A stretch of DNA of 50,306 nt from positions 1 through 50,306 of the forward strand of contig CAZGKP010000001.1 of the NCBI GenBank assembly GCA_964526215.1, in the 5' to 3' direction. A program made the translations under genes and the position numbers. The stretch's first letter is position 1. Each line of letters begins with the position of its first letter. Under the pieces are notes generated by a model. That model worked only from the letters and a program-made list of their open reading frames with translations. It was not told where the DNA came from and did not search any database. Positions 7,600 to 16,885 of this stretch are shown one piece after another. The DNA comes from an uncultured Candidatus Sumerlaeota bacterium. GTDB taxonomy: Bacteria; Sumerlaeota; Sumerlaeia; MWCT01.

Positions 7600-9249
7600 A
7601 TGAATATCACACCTTTAGATGTGGAAAGATTGGGGGTTTTCCGCGAGGAGGCACTCGGTCGCATCTATGAGGGCTCTATCCGCGAGACAAACCGGCGCGT
7701 CATCGTTAAGGAATTTATCCCCCCTCCGGCGCTTAATAAGACGAGCAGGGTGAAGCTCCGCCTGCGTTTCCTTGAGGACGCCAATGCGCTGAAATCCCTT
7801 CTTGACTCCTGTATTGCAATCCCGCTCTCCATCGGCGAGATGGGCGAGAAGGCGTTTGTGATTTATCACCTGCCGCCGGGCATTCCTCTCTCCAGCCACC
7901 TTGAGGCAAAGGGGGCATTGCCGCCCCCGCAGGCGTTTCAAATCTTCAGGCGCATTATCGGTTGTTTCCGTCTCCTGACAAACCGAGGCGTCCGCAGGAC
8001 AAATGTTATCCCCGACGACTTCTTTGTCTCCGAGAGTAATACAATCCAGATGGTGGATACCACTTTAGCCGTATACGAAAAGGCATCGGGCTTGATTGAC
8101 GTTGGAATTTTAACAGGCGATGTGGCTTTCTATGCACCTGAACAGGTGGAAAAGGGAAAGGCGGGTGAACAGACGCTGGTCTTCTCACTCGGCTTGCTTT
8201 TTTACTGGATACTTACGGGAAAGTGCCTTTACGGCGGGGGCTCTCCGTTCGAGACACTATCACAGATTCTCAAAAAACCATACACATCGCTGCCGGAGAG
8301 TGTTGACGCATCGGTGGAACTATACGACTTTGTTCGCCGCATCTTAAGAAAGGAAGAATCGCAACGCTTCGCATCGCTTGATGCTATGTCTTCTGCGCTT
8401 GAGAAAGTTACTGACCGTGAGAGAATAGAACGAAGCGTCAGGGAACAGGAGAAAAAAGTCGCCCCGGCATCGGAGGCAATCTCCCCGAAGGGATATGCCA
8501 TCTCTTTTCGTAAGGTGCTCACGTGGCTTGTGATACTCATCGCTGTTGTGTGGGGTGGATTGAGTATAAAGAAATGGTTTTTCTCTCTGCCAGAAGTAAC
8601 GACTCCATCGCGTCCCACATCTGTAGCACTCTTGAACAGGGCACGCCGGGCACTTCGAGATAGACAATGGGAAACCGCTCGCGTCCTTGCCCGGAACGTC
8701 CTGCGAATGGACAAAACTAATTCCCGTGCAAGTCTCATCCTCGGCGAGACATACTTCGGAGAACGCAGGTTTGAAGATGCCATACGTAATTTCCGCACTG
8801 CCGAAAATTCACGGGATGAAGTAGTGCGTTTGCGTGCCTCATACCTTATTGCAGAGAGCAAAATTCAAGTTGGCGAGTTTATAGATGCTGAAAGAATCCT
8901 CACACGCCTCATACCGCAGGCGCGCACAGACGTGGAGCGCCAGCGCCTCACCACACGCCGCACGGACATAATTGACCTGTGTTTTAAGGAGGGGCGAGAA
9001 CTGGCGAGAAATCACGAAAAACCATCCCTTGCCGCCCAACGCCTGCGCAAACTGGCAAAAACCGTTAGCACTATTGATTCGGCGCGCACCGAAGCCGATT
9101 TCTTGAAAGGTATGGCGGCATATCTCGATAAAGACTTCAAACAGGCTTTCACTTTCCTAAATCGCTATTGTGGTGCGCGACCGGATGATGCCTTTGCAGA
9201 CGCCGTCTTCCGCAAGGTTATACGGTCAACAGCACCGCCCCGACCATAA
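7600..9249 (+). CDS. Ser/Thr-kinase-like domain (degenerate catalytic motifs) - TM helix - TPR-repeat protein
   Basis: The ORF is open from TTG 7588, and ATG 7600 follows GGGGGA. It has the kinase-fold landmarks VIVKEF (beta3 Lys), FYAPEQ (APE) and LVFSLGLLFYWILTG. It lacks a Gly-loop and has RRTNVIPDD in place of HRDxKxxN and VDTT in place of DFG. A TM helix (LTWLVILIAVVWGGLSI) is followed by TPR-like repeats. Confidence 0.7.
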   Translation: MNITPLDVERLGVFREEALGRIYEGSIRETNRRVIVKEFIPPPALNKTSRVKLRLRFLEDANALKSLLDSCIAIPLSIGEMGEKAFVIYHLPPGIPLSSHLEAKGALPPPQAFQIFRRIIGCFRLLTNRGVRRTNVIPDDFFVSESNTIQMVDTTLAVYEKASGLIDVGILTGDVAFYAPEQVEKGKAGEQTLVFSLGLLFYWILTGKCLYGGGSPFETLSQILKKPYTSLPESVDASVELYDFVRRILRKEESQRFASLDAMSSALEKVTDRERIERSVREQEKKVAPASEAISPKGYAISFRKVLTWLVILIAVVWGGLSIKKWFFSLPEVTTPSRPTSVALLNRARRALRDRQWETARVLARNVLRMDKTNSRASLILGETYFGERRFEDAIRNFRTAENSRDEVVRLRASYLIAESKIQVGEFIDAERILTRLIPQARTDVERQRLTTRRTDIIDLCFKEGRELARNHEKPSLAAQRLRKLAKTVSTIDSARTEADFLKGMAAYLDKDFKQAFTFLNRYCGARPDDAFADAVFRKVIRSTAPPRP

Positions 9250-9275
9250 GCTGCCCCGAAAATTTAGAATATGAA

Positions 9276-9356
9276 GCCACCGATTCACACCGATACACGC
9301 CGATTTACACAAATGTATCCGGGCACATCGGTGTTCGTCGGTGGCTAATTTTTATT
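9276..9356 (+). terminator. Intrinsic-terminator-like long hairpin plus T-tract downstream of the kinase-like gene
   Basis: Arms 9276-9294 (gccaccgattcacaccgat) and 9327-9345 (atcggtgttcgtcggtggc) pair at 16 WC plus 1 G.U of 19 positions. The hairpin is followed by taatttttatt. Its 5' arm and loop contain three tandem decamers (cgattcacac/cgatacacgc/cgatttacac, 9281-9310). Confidence 0.45.
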
Positions 9357-9399
9357 GTTTCGAGAGAAGCGCAAGTCTCATGATGACTATTCAAAAACC

Positions 9400-11790
9400 A
9401 TGCAAAGTGAAAAGAAATCTTCAGTAGTTCTCGGCAAGGTGGAACTCGGTTTTGTCTTTCTGTATCCCGCCATTGTCTATTTCTTGTGCGCAGGTGGACT
9501 GCGACCGCTCATATCCGGCGATATAGCAACCCAGTTTATGATTTACCTTGGGCGGTTGCGAAAGGCGTTTCTCTCAGGGCAATTCCCGTTCTGGGAGCCG
9601 CTATGGGCAGGCGGGTTCCCATTTGCAGCCGACCCGCAGACAATGTGTTATTATCCACCCGCCTGGATAGCGGCGATTGTTTTCCCGCCTGCCTGGGCGG
9701 CGACCTTTTTGCTTCTTTTTCATCTCGGTCTGGGTGCGCTGGGAATGTGGCTGGTTGCGAGGCACCTGACGGGAAGCAAGTGGGGCGCCTGGCTGGCATC
9801 CATAATGTATAGCCTGGGCGGATTCCCGGCGGGGCACATTATGCATTTAACTATCCTTCACGTGCTGGGACTATTTCCCTGGCTCCTTTTATTGATTTTG
9901 CCTTCCCGCCCTAATCCGTTCAGCCTCTGGCGGGTATTTGGTGCAGCCATAATTTTCGCCCTTATATTTCTTGCCGGGCATCCACAGAGCGCCTTGATAG
10001 TGAGCGCCGCGGTGGGATTGTTTGTAGTATTAACGGCAGAAAGGCGAGTCATCCTTCGGGGATTTTGTGCCTTTTTGCTCGGTGTGTGTTTTGCAGCCAT
10101 TGCACTTTCCTCTTATTACGAACTTGCCAGAGAATCCGTCCGGGCAGATTTTTCATACGGGGCATTTACTCTGGGGGCGCTCATGCCGTTGCAGCTGCTT
10201 ATGTTCCTATCGGCTTTTTTCTTCGGAGTTTGTGGAAAGGGTTTTATCTCCAATAGTACATACTGGGGGGGATTTCTTCACCGCGAGAACCTCGCATACG
10301 TCGGGTTACTACCCCTAATTCTGGCACTGACGGCGGGTATCATTGGGATTACGAGGCGCACGCCCTGGAGGCGGCAGGCACTGGCTTCAGTTGCGCTCGT
10401 CATCATCGGGCTGATATTTGCTTGCTCTAAAGCCTTCGGGACTGCGCCACTCCTCTATCACCTGCCAATCGTGGGGAAGCTACGTGTCCACGCACGGTAT
10501 CTGCTTTTTACATATATCGGACTTTGTCTGCTGGCTCCAATGGGCTTGGTGGGATTGATGGGTAAATGGCACGGCATAAGCCGTAAGGAGGTGCGCCGCA
10601 TATGTGTCATTGTGCTGATATTCATCCTCGTTGTGCTTTATGTCTTTGAGTTATGGGGCGGTTGTTTTCCGGAAAGTTTTGCCAGGGTGATTAAGACTCC
10701 TAATGCGCTTGCAGGACTCAATGACTGGTGGGATGGCACAAATCAGGCGCTTAAATACGCATCGCTCTTATTTATGCTAATTGCCATAATTCTATGGAAG
10801 AAACGCCGGGCTGGAGAAATTGCCTCCCTCGTGATTTTGTTGACTATAGTTGACCTTGGGGCTATGTGGTATGATTTATTTCCTCGAATCAAAGGGGTGC
10901 CACCGGCGCTGCCCAGGACCATTGAAGCCGCCCTATCACGCCCGGGTTGGACACTGATTGAATTCCCTTATCTCTTACCGCCGGAGCTGAAAAGGATTTC
11001 CCCAAATCATCCCCTCACCTATGGACTCAAACTCCTTAACCAATACAACCCGCTGATGCTACGTTCATTTGGAAGATGCCTCTCGATAGATTCCCTGGGA
11101 AGAGTTAACAACCCTTTAACTGTTTTCGGAGATAGATACGTTTGTTCGGCTTTTGGGATTCGGCATGCGATTTTGTGCAGCAGGTCTCGTAAGACGCCGG
11201 ACGGGCGAATATTATACACGCGGCGACACAAAACAGGTGCGATTGCTTATCCCTTGCCCGACACCATCGGGCACTTTCACAAACGATTCATATATATGAA
11301 CCTCTGGTTCGGAGAAGATGAGACGACTGCTCCCCTCTCACTTGCATATATCCCTGCGCAAATTATGTCAGTGCCTCCCGATGACTTTTACGGGCCCTCC
11401 CTTACAATCAATACGCCTGCCGTAGAGGAATTGAGCACTGTCCAGAGAACCCGGGCAGAATTACCTCATCCAAATCCACCGGGCAGGATTATTGAAGAAC
11501 GCTGCGGCAGTTGTTTTGCAGAGGCGCAGATTGATGCGGAAAAAGATGCCCTGATTGTCTTCAGACTCATTGCATATCCGGGCTGGCGCCTCAAAATAGA
11601 CGGCAAGCCCGCCCCTATCCTGAAGGCGAACTGTTGCTTCCTGGCAACCCGCGCCCAAAAGGGACGGCATCTTTATAGATGGCACTTCAGACCTACTTTT
11701 TTCATCCCGGGGGCACTCCTCTCCGGCATATCCTTGTTCCTCGCGCTGGTATTGGCTGTTTTTTATGGACGCAGGAGAAGAAAAACATAA
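9400..11790 (+). CDS. Large polytopic membrane protein, YfhO/GT-C-like putative glycosyltransferase
   Basis: The ORF is open from TTG 9355, which lies inside the upstream terminator T-tract, so the first ATG (9400) is preferred. It has many TM helices over ~500 aa, a soluble C-terminal region and a final TM plus RRRRK tail, an architecture resembling YfhO-type proteins. The function call is tentative. Confidence 0.55.
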   Translation: MQSEKKSSVVLGKVELGFVFLYPAIVYFLCAGGLRPLISGDIATQFMIYLGRLRKAFLSGQFPFWEPLWAGGFPFAADPQTMCYYPPAWIAAIVFPPAWAATFLLLFHLGLGALGMWLVARHLTGSKWGAWLASIMYSLGGFPAGHIMHLTILHVLGLFPWLLLLILPSRPNPFSLWRVFGAAIIFALIFLAGHPQSALIVSAAVGLFVVLTAERRVILRGFCAFLLGVCFAAIALSSYYELARESVRADFSYGAFTLGALMPLQLLMFLSAFFFGVCGKGFISNSTYWGGFLHRENLAYVGLLPLILALTAGIIGITRRTPWRRQALASVALVIIGLIFACSKAFGTAPLLYHLPIVGKLRVHARYLLFTYIGLCLLAPMGLVGLMGKWHGISRKEVRRICVIVLIFILVVLYVFELWGGCFPESFARVIKTPNALAGLNDWWDGTNQALKYASLLFMLIAIILWKKRRAGEIASLVILLTIVDLGAMWYDLFPRIKGVPPALPRTIEAALSRPGWTLIEFPYLLPPELKRISPNHPLTYGLKLLNQYNPLMLRSFGRCLSIDSLGRVNNPLTVFGDRYVCSAFGIRHAILCSRSRKTPDGRILYTRRHKTGAIAYPLPDTIGHFHKRFIYMNLWFGEDETTAPLSLAYIPAQIMSVPPDDFYGPSLTINTPAVEELSTVQRTRAELPHPNPPGRIIEERCGSCFAEAQIDAEKDALIVFRLIAYPGWRLKIDGKPAPILKANCCFLATRAQKGRHLYRWHFRPTFFIPGALLSGISLFLALVLAVFYGRRRRKT

Positions 11791-11965
11791 TTGGTCGGTT
11801 AGCACACCGGGGTCTCTTTGAAGGATAAAATCTGTGCTGGTTGTGCTGGAGAATTTCTAAAATGCCTATTGACAGGGGCAGTCCCTTTTCTGTAAAAAAT
11901 GTTTGAAATCAAGTTGGATGAAAGAGGAAACAATAGCACTTTCAATAACCGGGGAGAAAAAAGCG

Positions 11966-12298
11966 ATGGGCAAGATAAAGGACTCTATCTCTGGACACAA
12001 TTTCATTTTTTATACCGGTCTCTTACTTATGGCAATAATTGTCATCGTTTGGCTGGTTGTGAATCGGAGGAACCTGAATGAGTGTTTTGTGAGCTACCGC
12101 ATCAGGAATCGTGAGGTGGCGAAGGTGAACGCTCTTCAAAGTAGACTGGAGAACCTCAGCCAGGAAAAATGCTTACTGGAAGGTGCCGAGAATGAAAACG
12201 AGGTCGTGGTGCGCAATCGCTTCCGGATGGTGAAACCGGGAGAGCACCTGATTTTAGTTGAACGCGAAGAACCACAGGAGGCACAAAAGGGAAAATAG
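11966..12298 (+). CDS. FtsB/DivIC-like septum formation initiator family protein
   Basis: The ORF is open from 11903, and ATG 11966 is preceded by GGGGAGAA. It has a single N-terminal TM (FIFYTGLLLMAIIVIVWLVV), a coiled coil (VNALQSRLENLSQEKCLLE) and a C-terminal RFRMVKPGEHLILV motif typical of the family. Confidence 0.6.
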   Translation: MGKIKDSISGHNFIFYTGLLLMAIIVIVWLVVNRRNLNECFVSYRIRNREVAKVNALQSRLENLSQEKCLLEGAENENEVVVRNRFRMVKPGEHLILVEREEPQEAQKGK

Positions 12299-12300
12299 GG

Positions 12301-12330
12301 TTGACATCCTTGCCCCTTCGCGGGTAAATA
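12301..12330 (+). promoter_or_regulatory. Sigma70-like promoter for the tRNA pair
   Basis: TTGACA (12301-12306), an 18-nt spacer, then TAAATA (12325-12330), ~45 nt upstream of the first tRNA. Confidence 0.35.
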
Positions 12331-12375
12331 GTATTCGTTATTTTTTGATGCATTGAAAAATCGTTAAATTTTCGT

Positions 12376-12451
<76 letters not shown>

Positions 12452-12461
12452 GATATTAAGA

Positions 12462-12500
12462 GGCGATTGGTGTAGGGATTAAAACCAGTCGCCTTTTATT
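12462..12500 (+). terminator. Rho-independent terminator-like hairpin between the two tRNAs
   Basis: A 9-bp stem ggcgattgg (12462-12470) / ccagtcgcc (12485-12493) with one G.U pair, followed by ttttatt. Confidence 0.5.
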
Positions 12501-12528
12501 CCTTGAACCTTTCCGGTCGAACATAAGT

Positions 12529-12605
12529 GGCGGTGTAGCTCAGTTGGTTAGAGCATGCGGCTCATATCCGCAGTGTCGGGGGTTCAATTCCCTCCACCGC
12601 TACCA
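12529..12605 (+). tRNA. tRNA with CAU anticodon (elongator Met or lysidine-dependent Ile2)
   Basis: 77 nt including CCA. The acceptor is ggcggtg/caccgct (G1.U72), the D-arm is tagctcagttggttagagca, the anticodon stem-loop is tgcgg-CTCATAT-ccgca and the T-loop is ttcaatt. Met and Ile2 identity cannot be told apart by eye. Confidence 0.85.
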
Positions 12606-12775
12606 TTACCCACAAAGAATCTGCATTTCATATCTATAGTTCTTCAATAGTCTAATTAGCCCACAGGGTCAATCCTTTGTAGCCCCAAAGGGTGCTATTA
12701 TTTCCTTGCTTCCCTCGAGCTTTTTGCTTATACCTATATTAGAAATTTTCCAGAGGATCTGGCGATACCTCAAAG

Positions 12776-14947
12776 ATGAATGGATTTTCACATAGGAATC
12801 TGCACGACGTCATCATCGGGGAGTGTATGGGCTACCGCGACGTTTTTGTGGCTGTTGAGAATACTGTCCGCGAATTCCTCGGAGATGATTTTTGCTCGCT
12901 TAAGTTTGCCATAATTGACCCGGAAGATAAAGAATTTTATTTCCTGCTAAAAAGCGGCGAGTCTCAATTCAATTACTTCAGAAATAAATACGCCCTCTCT
13001 AACGACCTGATTGGTTTTGCGCTGAAGAATTTTAACGCGCCCCAAATTCTCGCTAACCCTTTGGATTTTTGCAAAAAGAAGAATTTATCTTCCACGACCC
13101 TTCCAGAGGCTATAGCATTTGTCCCGACACAGATAGGGGGCAAAACGGCTGGACTGCTCGCCTGCGAGTGTCATAGCCCCGGTCAGGAGGAAGAAAACCC
13201 ACTCCTGAGGCTACTGCTCTCAGCGGCGGTTTCTATATCACTTGTCCTGAATAAACTTCATCAACACGAGATTGTGCGACAGGAGCTCATCGAGATGCGG
13301 GCAGTTAATGAGATTGGCCCACATCTGTATGGCGCAAAGAAACTCGATACCGTGCTGGGGGAAATCATAGATTATGTAATAGAGAAACTCGGGTTTGACC
13401 GCGCCCTCATCTGCCTTATTGACGAAACGACCCATAACCTGATCGGTCGTGTCACCCGTGGTTACGAGGATACACTATCTAAGGTTAACTATCCGCTTGC
13501 CACATCGGGCGATGTCCTTGCGGAGGTTGCCCGGAGTGGAAAACCCCAGATTATAAAAGGGGTGCGGGGAGACCCGAGATTCCCTCCATTTATCAGAGAA
13601 CGTCCAGATATCTGGCAGATTGCTATCGTCCCTCTCGTATCCAATGAGGGGCGGGTGTGGGGCACACTCTCCGCCGACCACAAGACTAATTGTGGACAGA
13701 TAACACCTCATCGCCTTGAGATACTCGGTGAATTTGCCCGCCACGCCTGTATAGCAATCGAAAATGCCCGACTCTATGAACGTGTGGAACATATGGCGGA
13801 GATTGACGGACTCACGCAGGTATACAACCGTCAATACTTCGACCGTGCGCTGAAGCAAGAAATCCCCCGTGTCAAGCGCTATCATCTCCCGCTATCGCTA
13901 CTTATGCTGGATGTGTGTGACTTCAAGAAATTCAATGACACATACGGGCACGTGATTGGCGACCACATCTTGCAGGCAGTTGCCCGGCTTCTTGTGGATA
14001 ATGTCCGTGAGCCCGACATTGTTGCACGATACGGCGGAGACGAGTTTGTCGTCCTGATGCCCAATACGACCGAACTGCAGGCTCGTATGGTTCAGGAGCG
14101 CATCGAGAGAGCTACCCTACTGCGCAATAGCCACGAGGACGACCCTAAAGAACGTTTTATGATTTCTATGGGGCTTAAGTCTGCCTCTGCCTTCACTGTT
14201 GATAATATCCTCACCGATGCCGATAGGGCTATGTATAGGGGACGCGAACAGCGCGTGAAGCAAAATCTCCTCTATGCCCTTATTGCAAACGATACCAGTG
14301 AAATCGAGCGCTGGGACCACTTCATCGCCAGCATCCTGAAAATACTTGGAGACAAAGAACCACACTTCCATAACCATTCGCGTCGCGTTATGAATTACTC
14401 TGTCAAGATCGGGCAGATTCTGGGACTCGACCACTACTTTCTTGAAATCATCAGTATTGCCGCACTCCTCCACGACATCGGCAAGATTTCCATAAACTCA
14501 AGGATACTCCTGAAAACCACGTCGCTCACTCAGGATGAATATGAGATAGTCAAGAGCCATCCGACACTTGGTGAGGATTTATTGAAGGGGGCAAATTATC
14601 TGAAAGAGGTTCGGGAAATCGTATGTGCACATCATGAGCGCTGGGACGGCGTAACTTCCGGCAGATTCCCCGGCTATCCCGCGGGAAAGGCAGCAGAAGA
14701 CATCCCTCTGGGTGCACGTATCCTCAAGGTGGCGGATGCTTACGATGCAATGACGTCTCTACGTCCATATCACCTGCCTATGAAGACCGATGCCGCAGTC
14801 AGGGAACTGCTCGATGAGCGCGGTAAAGGCTTCGACCCCCAGGTGATCAAGGCTTTTGTTCCATACCTGCGCACCATTACCCAATCCCTATCCAACACAT
14901 TTCCTGGCGAGCATAGCACACATACCGGGCTTCCATTTGAGACCTAA
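12776..14947 (+). CDS. GAF-GAF-GGDEF-HD-GYP multidomain c-di-GMP turnover protein
   Basis: 723 aa. The N-terminal half is GAF-like. It has an intact GGDEF motif (RYGGDEF) with an RxxD I-site five residues upstream (REPD), and HD-GYP signatures (LLHDIGK, HHERWDG, FPGYPAG). Confidence 0.85.
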   Translation: MNGFSHRNLHDVIIGECMGYRDVFVAVENTVREFLGDDFCSLKFAIIDPEDKEFYFLLKSGESQFNYFRNKYALSNDLIGFALKNFNAPQILANPLDFCKKKNLSSTTLPEAIAFVPTQIGGKTAGLLACECHSPGQEEENPLLRLLLSAAVSISLVLNKLHQHEIVRQELIEMRAVNEIGPHLYGAKKLDTVLGEIIDYVIEKLGFDRALICLIDETTHNLIGRVTRGYEDTLSKVNYPLATSGDVLAEVARSGKPQIIKGVRGDPRFPPFIRERPDIWQIAIVPLVSNEGRVWGTLSADHKTNCGQITPHRLEILGEFARHACIAIENARLYERVEHMAEIDGLTQVYNRQYFDRALKQEIPRVKRYHLPLSLLMLDVCDFKKFNDTYGHVIGDHILQAVARLLVDNVREPDIVARYGGDEFVVLMPNTTELQARMVQERIERATLLRNSHEDDPKERFMISMGLKSASAFTVDNILTDADRAMYRGREQRVKQNLLYALIANDTSEIERWDHFIASILKILGDKEPHFHNHSRRVMNYSVKIGQILGLDHYFLEIISIAALLHDIGKISINSRILLKTTSLTQDEYEIVKSHPTLGEDLLKGANYLKEVREIVCAHHERWDGVTSGRFPGYPAGKAAEDIPLGARILKVADAYDAMTSLRPYHLPMKTDAAVRELLDERGKGFDPQVIKAFVPYLRTITQSLSNTFPGEHSTHTGLPFET

Positions 14948-15207
14948 CCAAAGGAACGTTGAAGCCGTTATGAGGCTTGCCTCTCCCAAAAGAATGAAAA
15001 TAATCCGCTAATTGCGCTAATGAACGCGAATATTTATTAGCGGACATTCGTGAACATTCACGGACTAATTTTCGGAACAGTTTTAGACAGGATTGCACGG
15101 ATAAAAACTATCCGTGTCAATCCGCGTTATCCCGTCTAAAAAATAAATTTTCGGGGCAGAGAAAAGAGGTGGTGAACATCCCGATTCTGATTTGTAAGAC
15201 GTCCCTG

Positions 15208-16581
15208 TTACATTTTCCTGAAGCGGGTTACGAGCTCTATGTGGTAGGTGTGGGGAAACATATCCACCGGTTGCACATCCGTAATCTGGTATCCCGCCTC
15301 ACAGATTACGTGTGCGTCTCTGGCAAGAGTGGCAGGATTACAGGAGACATAGACCAGGATGGGGCAATCCAATCCCACAATCTTTCTGAGCGACTTTTTA
15401 TCAATCCCGCTCCTTGGCGGGTCAACCACCACACGCTGAAAACCACAAGGTAATGTTTGCAGGAGTAAGGGGAGGCTTTTTCGGAGTTCGCCGCTTAAGA
15501 AAGTGCAGTTATCGAGGGAATTCCGGGCAGCATTTTTGCGTGCATCCCAGATTGCCTCCTTCACGATTTCAATTCCATAAACCCACCGCGCATCCCTTGC
15601 GCACAAAAGCCCAATTGCACCAACACCGCAGTATGCATCAAGGAGGGTTTCGCTACCGGTGAGTGATAAATATTCACGGGTTGTATGGTAAAGGTGCTTG
15701 GCGGCTTCTGTGTTAGTCTGAAAAAATGAGAGCGCCCAGAGGCGAAGATGGAGGTCGTCCAGCCGCTCGGTGAGGAAATCGTCTCCCCACTGAAACAGGA
15801 TTGCATCCATATATGCGACATCGCCCTTACCTCTGTTTTGCCCATGGATGAAGCCGGAGAGTAAGGGACAACGCCGGCGGAGGCGTGCCAGTAGTTCCTC
15901 GCTCCCCGGGAGTTCGGGTTCGGCTGTAAGAAGGATAGCCAGAACCGGTGTGTCGTTATGGGCATTGGTGGCGCAACGCAGGATAAAATGCCTGAGCAAA
16001 CCCTTATGGGTCTTCGGATCATAAGCGGTGAGGTTCTTTTCCCGCGCAAATGCCTGCATCTCCTGGAGGAGATCATCAAAGACCTCCGGCTGGAGGAAGC
16101 AGTTTTTTACATCCAGCACCTCGTTAAAACTCCCCGGTTTGTGGAAACCGAGGACAATATTCCCGCCAGCATTGGTGCCGAATGTAAAATCCATCTTGTT
16201 GCGATAGCGCCAGACCGCACGAGAGGGTATAATGGGATGCAGGGTGAATTCATATTGGCGACCAATGTGCTCCAGGATAGAGCCAACAATCTCCTCCTTG
16301 AATTCCAGTTGTTTTTCGTAAGGGATGTTCTGCCACGCACAGCCGCCGCAGGTGCCGAAATGCGTGCAACGGGGCTGAATGCGTATAGAAGATGGCTGGG
16401 TAACCTCCAGCAATTGTGCCTCTGCATATCTGGGTTTCTTCTTCAGGATGCGGACAGAGACAGTATCTCCAGGAACGGTTCCGGGCACAAAGACCACGAC
16501 GCCCGCGAATTTCCCGATTCCGCGACCGCCGTAGGCAAAAGTCTCAATCTTCACCGCAATAATATCGTTCTTTTTTAACAT
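15208..16581 (-). CDS. rlmD: 23S rRNA (uracil-C5)-methyltransferase, RlmD/RumA family
   Basis: 457 aa with an N-terminal TRAM domain, an Fe-S Cys cluster (CTHFGTCGGCAWQ), a SAM-binding motif (DAYCGVGAIG) and a catalytic-Cys motif (YVSCNPATLARD). Confidence 0.85.
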   Translation of the reverse strand: MLKKNDIIAVKIETFAYGGRGIGKFAGVVVFVPGTVPGDTVSVRILKKKPRYAEAQLLEVTQPSSIRIQPRCTHFGTCGGCAWQNIPYEKQLEFKEEIVGSILEHIGRQYEFTLHPIIPSRAVWRYRNKMDFTFGTNAGGNIVLGFHKPGSFNEVLDVKNCFLQPEVFDDLLQEMQAFAREKNLTAYDPKTHKGLLRHFILRCATNAHNDTPVLAILLTAEPELPGSEELLARLRRRCPLLSGFIHGQNRGKGDVAYMDAILFQWGDDFLTERLDDLHLRLWALSFFQTNTEAAKHLYHTTREYLSLTGSETLLDAYCGVGAIGLLCARDARWVYGIEIVKEAIWDARKNAARNSLDNCTFLSGELRKSLPLLLQTLPCGFQRVVVDPPRSGIDKKSLRKIVGLDCPILVYVSCNPATLARDAHVICEAGYQITDVQPVDMFPHTYHIELVTRFRKM

Positions 16582-16668
16582 CTTGTGTGAATGGAAAATT
16601 GTAACAAACTACGCCTCTTCCGAGACTATGCTCGGAAAGAGTTGCCCCTGTGAGGCGGTTAGCCCATC

Positions 16669-16698
16669 ATAATCGTAATCGTAATCATAATCGTAACC
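16669..16698. repeat. Hexanucleotide tandem array (ataatc gtaatc gtaatc ataatc gtaacc)
   Basis: Five in-phase hexamers read directly from the sequence in the rlmD-PfkB intergenic region. Inverted copies of the word (gattacg, gattatg) lie 10-40 nt downstream. Confidence 0.8.
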
Positions 16699-16885
16699 CT
16701 GCTCGTTCTCGATTACGTATACACTTACGCACTCGATTATGTTTACGAGCACAAAAATGAATAGCAATCACGGTGTTTCACCCACAACTTTGATGATTAT
16801 CCACAGGCGAAGGCCGAAGGCGCGCCATCGGTGTGTTCTATCTTTTGATGATGTCAACCCCATAGTGGGGAAATAGTTCACCCCT

